Assembly: GCA_965153285.1 (NCBI GenBank)
Contig: OZ229123.1
Reading direction: 5' to 3' (one strand)
Source: Podarcis tiliguerta
Lineage: Eukaryota
DNA: 64,000 bases
Shown: positions 36,238 to 46,374 of the stretch, piece by piece
Position numbering within the stretch: position 1 is the first letter of the stretch
Layout: each line of letters opens with the position of its first letter
Notes under the pieces: model-generated
The model's input: the letters and a program-made list of their open reading frames with translations, nothing else
Databases searched by the model: none
Told to the model about the DNA's origin: nothing
Program-made: the position numbers and the translations under genes

Positions 36238-36639
36238 CTTGAGTAGGACTGATAACAAATAAGGGTGGGCTCCATATGGGCACTGGACTTGTGTCCTCAG
36301 CCATGCTCTGATAGAAGGAACGGGGACAAGTGTGCCCTGCAAGAACTTTCAGCAGGGCTTCCACGTGAACCCATAAACCAGCATCAGGAAAAACTGACTT
36401 ACATCCTCCCTCCATTTCATAAAGTTGGTTCCTGAATTGCGTGCGTATACCCAAACCCTGGCCAGGAATGGGCTCAGGGAAAGAGAAGGAATGTGTTTTG
36501 GATCCCACCCACCCAGAGGCAGCATTGTGGTTTATGTTTCTAGAGATGCTGCTGGTTTGTGACCCCCAGCTATCACAACAGAGTTTATGTAATAATGGTT
36601 ACATAGGGAACACGGTCTTCCAGACCGATTATGATCTGA

Positions 36640-37700
36640 AATAAAAGAAACGCCATTTGCAGCAGCAGTATTTTGATAGCTCTTTCCGAATGTCATGTAG
36701 CTTAATAGTGGATGTTAAAATTATATTGGCTAGCAGAAGAGGTCTCCACTAGTCTCTAAACTATATAGCCATCGACGGGATATCAAGTTGTGTTTACCTA
36801 TTACATCAGAGAACAAGCTGTGATGCTCTTGCTCAGTCGGTTATTATATTTAATGTGGCTACCAGTGTTTGGGTTTCAGGTGATTCCCTGATTCCTTAAT
36901 TGTTGTGTCTTGTTATTTTATTATGTCCCTTGGTTAAATTCCTAGGACCTACAATAATCAGATATGCAAGCTGTTGGTTTGCATGTCCTATTGATTTAAT
37001 ATTCTTCTAATCAGTACATAAAGCTATGGGCCTGCGGTGTTAATTTTTCATATGCTTACAAAGCACCCTTTGATTTTCTGTCACGCGTTAATTACAGCGT
37101 TTTGCCATTAAATAGGAAGCTTTGTGTAAACTAATTACTAGGTAATCATTGTCTACCGCGAGCCGTGCTGTTTGGTACCTTTTATTTTATTCGGGGAAAA
37201 TGCACGGATCTCGCAGTCTGGANNNNNNNNNNNNNNNNNNNNNNNNNNNNNNNNNNNNNNNNNNNNNNNNNNNNNNNNNNNNNNNNNNNNNNNNNNNNNN
37301 NNNNNNNNNNNNNNNNNNNNNNNNNNNNNNNNNNNNNNNNNNNNNNNNNNNNNNATTGTACAAAGCAGAGAAAAGGAGGTTTAAATGTTACTTCTACCAT
37401 CTGGGGACTGAAGTCTTTGCAAATGCTACAAAACAGCAGTGAGGCAATATCAGAGCTTCAAGCTTCAGGGTTTTAGGCCATATGGATTCAGAATATTTTG
37501 AATCAATTGAATTTAACTGCCAGTTTTTAGCAGTAACCGCGCAGAGATGAGGAGAATAAAGCAAGATCACGAAAGAAAATCTGGAATTTGTCAGTGTTAT
37601 CACATGCCATAAAGCGCCTCTGTAGATTATATTAAAATGTTTATTCTGCTAAATTCAAAGAAGCAGAGGCAGGCTAAAAATGAATGCAGATTTCAACAGT
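36640..37700. promoter_or_regulatory. Candidate conserved non-coding element / enhancer block
   Basis: Repeat-free, TAAT/ATTA-dense and CpG-retaining (gtcacgcgttaattacagcg..aactaattactaggtaatcattgtctaccgcgagccg). Conservation cannot be verified here. Confidence 0.5.
37223..37354. other. Assembly gap or masked run (132 N)
   Basis: Run of N. Confidence 0.99.
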
Positions 37701-39886
37701 GTATTGCTACACAGGGTGATTTTTTTGTTTTATTTTGGGATTAGGCATGGGTATTTGAAAGTCATCTATCTCAACAGTTAATACAACAGTAACAATGAAC
37801 TCAATAACTAACAATTAACAGGGGGCTCCTGTGAATTTCCAGGGATTTAATTTTTATTCTATTTTAGCATTTGTAGACTTCCTCTCAGAAGTAAATAAAA
37901 AAACATAGAACATAACATCAGGAAATAAATTATTTAAAATTATGTTTTTGGTGCTGTTGTTTTTTTAAAAATGGAAGTATTTGGAAAATGTTCAATCCCA
38001 GCAGCCTGAAAGAAGATTTCATGTCTGTTCTTGATCCCACTTTGCACTTCAGTGGCAAGACAAGGGTAAAACCACACTTTGCATGGGTGCAACTGCACAA
38101 GACAATTCAAAATAAATAGGGAGGTGTGCAAGGGGTGTGCACTCTGGCCTTCCTAGTTTCTGTTTGTTCAACAAATAAAAAAATCTTAAATTCTGCATTA
38201 TTGTTTGGGGAAGAGTTTTTATAAAAAGAAATAAGTATGTATAGTGACAATAGCTTTTGAGTATTATCAAGTGTTCCCTGTTTAAAGAAAAATGTCTATT
38301 ACACATTATTAAAGAACTGAAATCTGACCAGCTCTATATCTAGGCATGGCATAATTTTAAGCACCTTGGCAAAATAAATTGTACAGACCGATTGCTTTGC
38401 TAAAAACAAAAAGCAGCAGCAATAGAATGAATGAATGAATGAATGAAATTGTATAAATATGTGATATTTCTTTACAACACTACAAAGCCGTCCTGTGTGT
38501 GTTTCAGTATATTGCCTTTATATATTGCCATATATCTGTCCACCCCCCCTACCCCCGAAAAGATCCCCTGCGGTCCCTATGTAGCTCCTTCATTGGGCTT
38601 GGATTTGGGGAGGGGGAACACAGCCCCCCCCATTCTAGTTTGTTTGTTTTTATTGGCCTGTTAACAGATGTTGACGTGGTTCAGGGCACAAGGCAGCCAT
38701 GTGCTTCTAAATGGAGAGATCTCTCCACAATGAAGCCTGGAGCTGCAGGGGGTTGTTTGGGGCTAGAACAATGTTCTCTAGGCTTTGTGTGTGTGGCCAA
38801 ATTCAGAATGAAAAGGGATTGATTAATTGTACGTACTGAAATCCTTGGCGAGCACAGCGAGCCAGAAGAGAATAGCGTGACCCATGTGGCGTGGAGAAAA
38901 CGGGAGCAGCAGTTTAAGTGGTGGAAAGTTGAAAGAGGGCTAACCTCCTTGTTCTAATAGTCGAGGCGAGTGGCTGCTTGGCGGTCCGCTGTTGAAGCAC
39001 AGCATATGTGCCTCCCTTTGACAAAGGCCCTCTTCAGCCCAAAGCAGCCCCTCGGCCTGTGCGTTGATCCAGAGCGACGGGCCGTGGTAATGAGGGACAG
39101 GCCTCTCAAGAAGCAGAGAGGAGATAATACCGCATAAGTGGAGAGTTCTGTGGAGTGTTCTCGCCATTCGACATAATGCAAGGCGCTACCCCGGCGAATC
39201 GCTTGCCATCCAGCTGAAATGGGCCATTAGGTATCGGGGAAAATTGTCTTTTGCTACTTTCAGCAGATGGAGCAAATATTTTACAAAGCCATTTTACATA
39301 CAAAAACCATTTGCGTGACTTGGTAATGGCAGCTGTTTTACATGATGTTACCTTCCAAAAGAATGTCTCTCATGAAAGGCAAAATCGGGACTTTTTTAAT
39401 TTTAAAATTTGCAGTTGCACACTCAAGCATTCAGCCCTAAAAGCGGCATTTGAATTCTAAGTAAGTGTGGCAGGCGATTGATCGCTTCCAAAAACATTTT
39501 CCAGCATTTTTGTTCTTTTGCGTAGATTGCAGCACCAGAGAGTAACACCCCACCCCCCAAGCAACGAAACAAATTCTAAAGTACTTGCAAACTGCTGGAT
39601 GGTGTGTGCATGTGTGTGTGTAGCGGAAGGAACCCAACAGCGTTTCCATTTCAGTCTGCCTCACAATAAGCTTTTTCTTAAACCCAGTGGCTGAAACCAT
39701 GAGAGACAACTTTTGACTGGGAAGTGGATTTTTCAGCTAAGTACTTTTTCAGTCCTTGGGGTTCTGGGAAGAACTTTAAACAGTGGTAAGAGCTCAGAAG
39801 TTGGGAAATGAATGCACCCATCTGAAAAAAAAGTACAACTGCCAGGATCGCTTTTCACTTTGTTCTCTCACTTTTCCTGTGAATAG

Positions 39887-40280
39887 TAGTGATGGGAGAT
39901 AAATTCAGTCTGGTTCACATTTTAATGCAAGCCTACCTAGCTCACGCTTCCTGAAAGAATACACAATGTACACTTTGAAATGTGCACTTGCCCGAATTTT
40001 GCAGTGCAGTTCTCCTGCCAATTGATATGTTAGGGACAAATGTATGAGCATAAAAATGCATATATTAGTGAAAATAATATATTAAAAATGCATTACGATA
40101 GGGAAAAGTGCTTGCAAATAAAGCAAGCAAATATATGTAAAGTAGGAGAAATGCTCGCTTTAATGTTGACAAATTTTCATGAGGACTTTAAAAAAATCAC
40201 AAACTTATGTGGAAATGGGGTGAAATGAACATCACATTGGAAAAATGAGAAATCAAAATTGATAGATTCATCCATTCCTG
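39887..40280 (+). mobile_element. AT-rich non-autonomous DNA transposon (TAGGGATG-type termini)
   Basis: Starts tagtgatggga and ends tccattcctg; collinear with 12910-13225 and, inverted, with 45767-46151. Confidence 0.7.
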
Positions 40281-40367
40281 AAGAAAAGTTAGGTTTTCCT
40301 TTCATTTTTGGTTCACCACATGTGCGTGACCTTAGGTTAGGTGGCAGATAGTGATTAGCTTAGAAAC

Positions 40368-40649
40368 ATAGAATCAATGAATTGTAGAGTTGGAAGGGAT
40401 ATCTAGTCCAACCCCTACAATGCAGGAATTTCATAGCAGACAGCCATCTAACCGCTGCTTAGAAACCTGCAAGGAAGGAAAGTCCACCATCTCTTGTGGA
40501 AGTCTGTTCCACTGTCAAACAGCTCTTACTTTCAGAAAGTTCTTTCCGATGTTTCGTTGGAGTCTCATTTCTTGTAACTTGAAGGCCTTGGTTTGGATCC
40601 TAGCCTCTGGGGCAGGAGACAACAAGCTTACTCCCTCTTCAATGTGACA

Positions 40650-40689
<40 letters not shown>

Positions 40690-40712
40690 GAAGGCTATCA
40701 TATCTCCTCCCA
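40368..40712 (-). mobile_element. CR1 LINE 3' fragment containing (AT)n at 40653-40686
   Basis: catagaatc..tagagttggaaggg..atctagtccaaccc..ctgttccactgtcaaacagctcttac..agaaagttcttt is a typical antisense CR1 3' region. Confidence 0.85.
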
Positions 40713-42323
40713 GATCTCCCTGGTCCAGTGCTCTTCAATAAACCAGTTAATCTCATAGGATGTGACATCAGTATTGACACTGGCTACTGTAACTGTGAAG
40801 CAAAAACAACTTCAACAGCCACTATACAATGCAAGGATCTGATTTTCTCTCTTTCCCCAACCCCCTGATTAGAAGCAAATATATGCATTGGGATTCAGCC
40901 CAGAGTGACTAGAGGGAATGGCTTTATCTAGTGCACTGAAAATAAGACAGAAGCAACTTAATGGTACCTATTGATTTGTAGATAGAGCATCTTGCTAGCA
41001 TTAATCAATGAAGAGAAAATTTATGTGGACCAAGCAATCCCCTCCCCCAATATGGGAAATCATTAGTTCTCACTAGTTCTTAAATTAGTTATACATGAAA
41101 GAAAAGCACAAGCCATTCATTCTTCCCTCTCTTGTCTATATGGTGCTTTTCAGCTGGTTCAGTGCTACTGCAACGGCATTGGAATCTATAACTTATTAGC
41201 AAATCCTCCCTCAGGGTATACAGATACCCTGCACCTTCTCTCTTTGCTAGGAGTTTGGAGCAAGCCAGTGGCTTTTAGGGGACTCTCCGGTATTAGTTGC
41301 CAGTAGTAGCTGTTGGCACTGGTGCCCTTACAAGCACCATCAGGCTTTCTGTACACATGAAGAATGTAATGTAAGCATAATACCTTTCTCAAATGTTTTT
41401 TTTTAATCCAAATATACAGTATCTTCCAGAGCAAAGGTTGATGACACTCCCAAAGAATTCTAAAAAGTTGATTGGGCCAAACCTTCCCTTTCAAAAGCCA
41501 TGCTGATTTTATCAACAAGGCTTGTTCTTCTATATATGTTTGTGTGTTTAACAGTGTTAGCATAAATCATTCTTTCTACCAGTTTGTCTGGGATGAAGGA
41601 TAGGCTGACATGTCTCTAATGTCTTGGAGTGCTTCTCCTGTAGTTGTTGCAGAAGCTTTTTTTTTTTTAGGCTAGCTTCTGGAGCTCTCTCTGCTTTGCA
41701 GGCATTAGATATCTTAAGCAAGTGAGTTAAACCATATGCTTCAGGGAAAGGTAATTTGTTCCCAGGCTGAGACTCAAAGATGTTCATTTGTGTTCGGAAT
41801 TCACAAACTGCCTTTTGGCAAACACAACAGAGCAGTTTTACTTTGTGGTGTGTTATTAAGAGAAGCCGTTGCCTCCACATACAGTGCAGTTAAAGCACAG
41901 CATTTAAAAATGAAGAGAAACCCTGTCTAGCAAGGAAAAGAAATGAGTGTGATGCTTCACTAGTCCATCCTGCAGTCCAGGGGAGCAAGAACAGAGTCCC
42001 GGGATTGGTGTGTGAAGTGGGCAATTGGTCCTCTTTTGGAGCATGGGACATTTCCAATTTCAAGGGGTCATGAAGCAGAAGGAAAGAGGCCCAAGGGAAG
42101 CAAAGAAGTGATCATGATGCAGCTAGAGAAAAGCGACCTGGAGTTTTAACATACAGAGTCCCCAAGCTTGATGTGCTTGCTCAGCGCTCCGACTTTTTGA
42201 CAGCCTTCCCCAATCTGACGCCTTCCAGATGTTTGGGACTACAACTCCCATCAGCCACAGCCAGTACAAAACATCTGGAAACATCTGGTTGGGGAAGGCT
42301 GTGAAGTTAATATTGGGTTCTCT

Positions 42324-42324
<1 letters not shown>

Positions 42325-42353
<29 letters not shown>
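42325..42353. repeat. (GCTT)n microsatellite
   Basis: tgcttgcttgcttgcttgcttgcttgctt. Confidence 0.9.
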
Positions 42354-42355
<2 letters not shown>

Positions 42356-43026
42356 ATGCAACATTGTGGGTGTTTGGTTCTATGGATGTTATATGGAGGA
42401 AGATGTTTCCACTGAGTTGCTGCTACAGATGTCAGAGAATACTGACAAAAACAGGAAAGGAAGTCAGAATTGTGTTGGTTGATTGTTTGTTCGCCTGTGA
42501 TCAGGAATGGAAATCAGTCAAGCAAATACCACCAGTATTTGTTTCCATTGTTGTGTTAAGTCCGCAAACACTACATAATCAGTTGCTTATTTTATACAGT
42601 GTTTCGATGTTTCCTTTACATTGAAATAAATATAAGTTACATAGTTACATAAGTTAAGTAACCTACACTACATAGCAGACAGAGGCAGTGTTGTATTTGG
42701 CAGGAACTGAACTGCAGCAGAATGGACATGGCGTTGATGGTGGTGAATACAGATTGGAACAGGAAATCTCTGCCTTCTTCCATCCCTAGATGCTGCTCAT
42801 CTCACACATTGCTGATCCCTTGAATCTCCTTCATGCACAGTGACTTAATATAATAGTTTTGCTAACTTACCCAAGGTCAAGGTGCTTTGAGATGACAACA
42901 GTGGCATAGCCAGAAGGTTTAGCCAAATTGGTGGGGTCCAAAGTAGATTGTTGCCAAATGGAGAGCCCTCATGAGCCCTCAGGAGAAAATGGGAAAATGC
43001 ATCTGAATAAGGAGCTAATGAATGGA

Positions 43027-43027
<1 letters not shown>

Positions 43028-43072
<45 letters not shown>
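43028..43072. repeat. (ATT)n microsatellite
   Basis: About 15 ATT units. Confidence 0.95.
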
Positions 43073-43410
43073 TTAAAGGATTATTAGAGTTACCATCACC
43101 CTGGTAGACCAACAGATACTTGTAGCCTGCCATCTTCCCCATTTTGTTTATTTTGTTCAGTTTTCTGCTAAAAAGAAATGAAGAATAGAACCAGTGGTTA
43201 AAAAGAAAGTATCTTTGATGAGGAAATGTTCTCAGATGGATGAAAGAAGAATAAGGAAAAAGATAAAGGAAACATTTAAAAAAAGGCTTTCTGGCTGTGG
43301 TTAAACAGTAACCACACAGCCTGTTGGAGGCCTGGTTTTTAATCACCCCACAAGCAGTTTTCATTTCTGCAGTAAAATTGCTTGTGGTTCTATTTAATTT
43401 GTTTCTGCAG

Positions 43411-43531
43411 GAACCAGCTTTGGCGAAGATCTCCCAGGAGCTCCCGGGCCTTTTAGCACAGCACGCTCAGGCTGTCAATGAGAAACGATTTCCTACATGG
43501 GGAAAATTCCTCCAAACATTTGTGAGTCAAG
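43411..43531 (+). CDS. IQCH: IQCH exon ([41 protein letters not shown]), 121 nt, phase 0->1
   Basis: Acceptor gtttctgcAG at 43409-43410; donor AAG|GTAAAT at 43532. Confidence 0.96.
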
Positions 43532-44669
43532 GTAAATAAGACTGCTAAGTTCCTGCTAAGTGCTATGAGGGATAATTATATCACCGGTACTTCATTCTCA
43601 TTCATTTAGATATTTCTCTGCCCCTTTTCATTTCCCCATTGCAGTTTTAACGGTTGAAAAATAAGATGTAGGCAGCCATCTTTGATTCCGCCTAGTCGTG
43701 ATGGGCTTGGCTTCCTTGCTGGAAACTGCTGAACTCTCCCCCCACACAAACACTTTAGAAAACACATGGAAACAAACATATGGCTAGGAATTGCCTGGGT
43801 GGCAAAAGATGCTTGAGAAGAAGCTTTGAGAAGAAAGAAATCTCAAAGGACTACTGGCAACATTTTGTGGCTTCAAGTCACAGTGCTAGCTGTGGCATTA
43901 GTGTGTTCTGTGGCTTTTCTGAGGCTAGTGAGCTATTATTGCAATAAAAGAACCTCTAAATTCTGCACTGTAGAATTCTGCAACCTTCTGAAGACCTTAT
44001 GTCAGCCAATTCATATTCTCCTTAGTCTTACTTCATTAGCAATTTAGATTTGGTTAGTCAGAATCAAGTTGGGTCAAGAAGCTATGGAGATCATGGAAAT
44101 CTCATTCCCTGACTAATGGGGCTCCTGCTCAGCTCTTCCTTTTGGCTTCCGAGAACTCAAACAACTTCTTTATGAACTTGAAGCGAAGTGTCTCAAGTTT
44201 TGTGCTGGCTCACGTAATTATGGAAGCACAGCATATATATTGATCTGGTTGCATTGTTATGCCATTCCTCTCTAGGGAGCTCAGCATTGCAGCTATTCCC
44301 ATTCCATCTTTCTCCTGGGTAATCCTGATCTCCTCTCTACTTCTACGTACACAAAATTATATCCCTCCAGTCCCAATAATGACTCTCTAACAACAAACAT
44401 GCCCTTTCAGGTGGCATCCAAGGCTAGAAAATGGCTCTCCTTTTAACTATAAGAACAGAGGAAACTGAAAGTCGCAGTTCCTAGCTGAAGTCAAGTTCAA
44501 TATTTCCGTTGAACCAGGCAGGACCTTCCCTAATAAGTTGTTTATTTTTGGAAGGCAACAATCATTAAATAGAAAATACTGGCAATACTGCATCCTAGAA
44601 CAAGCATTTAATTTGTCCGGGGGGGGGGGGCACTGCTTGATGGAATCCTGGCAACTTTTCTCTCCCTAG

Positions 44670-44956
44670 GTGGCATCATAGAAGCCTTCCCGCCCTCAGA
44701 CAGCATCACTAGCCTCAAAGTGGACATTCTAATAGAGCCAACTGGAGAGATCTCAATGGTTTCCTCCGGAGACCAGTTCCATGCAGATGGTCCCCTGCGC
44801 TCCACAGGAACCACCCTTCCCCAGTGTTCCGTTGAGCCGCGGGTCCTTAACGTGCTGTGTCATAAAGTTGGAGAGGCCTGCAGATCCAGAGGAGTGGTTG
44901 GATACTTCTCCATTGACTTTGTGACATTCATCCACCCTCAAACCATGGGGCAGCAG
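44670..44956 (+). CDS. IQCH: IQCH exon ([28 protein letters not shown]...[22 protein letters not shown]), 287 nt, phase 1->0
   Basis: Acceptor ttttctctccctAG at 44668-44669; donor CAG|GTGAGT at 44957. Confidence 0.96.
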
Positions 44957-45223
44957 GTGAGTCGGCGAACTGAAATCTTAAATACCTGTGACACGCTTGC
45001 AGATACTGTGAAATGTGATCATGATAAAAGGTGGAGTGGGGGTGGGGAGAGAGAGAGAGGAAAGCACTCCGCTCTCCTCCTCTCACAGGCTAGTAATTTC
45101 CATCCTCAAAAAACATGCTGTATTACAAAGACAGATTGGGTGGTTTGGCAAAATGGTGGTTTTCCAGAGGTTCCATTGGAATGGAGGAGGGAAAGATCAG
45201 GCCAGAAAGGTTGACACATTGGA

Positions 45224-45635
45224 ATAATAATTATTATAATAATTATAACAATTTATTCTTTATACCCCACCCGTCTGGCTGGGTTTCCCCAGCCACCCTG
45301 GGCGGCTCCCAACAAAATTTTAAAAATAACAATAAAACATAAAACATTAAAAACTTCCCTAAACAGGGCTGCCTTCAGATGTCTTCTAAAAATCAGATAG
45401 TTGTTTATTTCCTTGACATCTGATGGGAGGGCGTTCCACAGGGCGGGTGTAACGTCACTTCTTGCAGGGAGGGAACTGCTAGAAGGCCTTTGGAGCTGGA
45501 CCTCAGTGTCTGGGCTAAACGATGGGGTTGGAGATGCTCCTTCAGGTACACTGGGGTTGAGGCCATTTAGGGTTTTAAAGGTCAGCACCAACACTTTGAA
45601 TTGTGCTTGGAACTGTATTGGGAACCAATGTACGA
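45224..45635 (-). mobile_element. Relatively young 5'-truncated L2 LINE, same subfamily as 20188-20650, opposite orientation
   Basis: The minus strand encodes HWFPIQFQAQFKVLVLTFKTLNGL...ALWNALPSDVKEINNYLIFRRHLKAALFREVF; (AAT)n tail at the left end. Confidence 0.88.
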
Positions 45636-45766
45636 ATCCAAGAGGCAAGTGGCAACATGACATTATGCTTGTACTGCCTCTTTTCTCCAGGGATGAGATT
45701 CACAACACGTTACCTTGAAAACAGCAACCATTGTTTAAAAATCAAGTTTTTAGTCCTGCCTGGCTT

Positions 45767-46151
45767 AAGGATGGTCCCATCTGTCAGTTTTGGTTTCTTT
45801 CAGTTTCTCACTTTTTCACTCTTAAGTTCAGTTCTTCACATTACCACATCAGTTTGCAAATCCTTTTTTTAAAAAAAAGCCCTCATGAAAGTTCATCAGC
45901 ATATTAGTCTGAATTTCTCCTAAATGTACAAATCATTGTATGTGATTTTGCCTAATATACACATTTTGCAAGTACTTTTCCCCAATATGATGTACTATAT
46001 ACACCCTTAACCTAGTATATGTATTTTTGTACACATTACTTGATTGGAGAACTGCATTTGAAGGACAGTTGCATTTCAGCTCTCATGTAGTTTCAGGAAA
46101 CGTGAATTAGGTAGATTTGCCTTTAAGTATGAACTGAATATAATTCCTCTC
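45767..46151 (-). mobile_element. AT-rich non-autonomous DNA transposon (inverted copy of the 39887-40280 family)
   Basis: tttctcactttt..cacatcagtttg..ctcatgaaa..aatttctcct..ttttgcaagtacttttccc..ggagaactgca..ttcaggaaacgtga is the reverse complement of family blocks. Confidence 0.7.
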
Positions 46152-46348
46152 TCTACTCCTACCCCTACTCTGCCTGTGTGACCCAGAAGTTCACACCAGG
46201 AACTGGGAGATGTTGATACTGTGTAGGGGCTTGTTATACCAAATCTTTTAGGGGAGGTAAACCCTGAGTGCCCTTGGTTGACAGTGGCCCCAGCACAAGA
46301 ACAAATTGACCTCTCTGTTGCTAATCTTTGAGGCAGAAATATTGTTTG

Positions 46349-46374
46349 ATGATTGATTGATTGATTGATTGATT
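46349..46374. repeat. (GATT)n microsatellite
   Basis: gattgattgattgattgattgatt. Confidence 0.9.
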
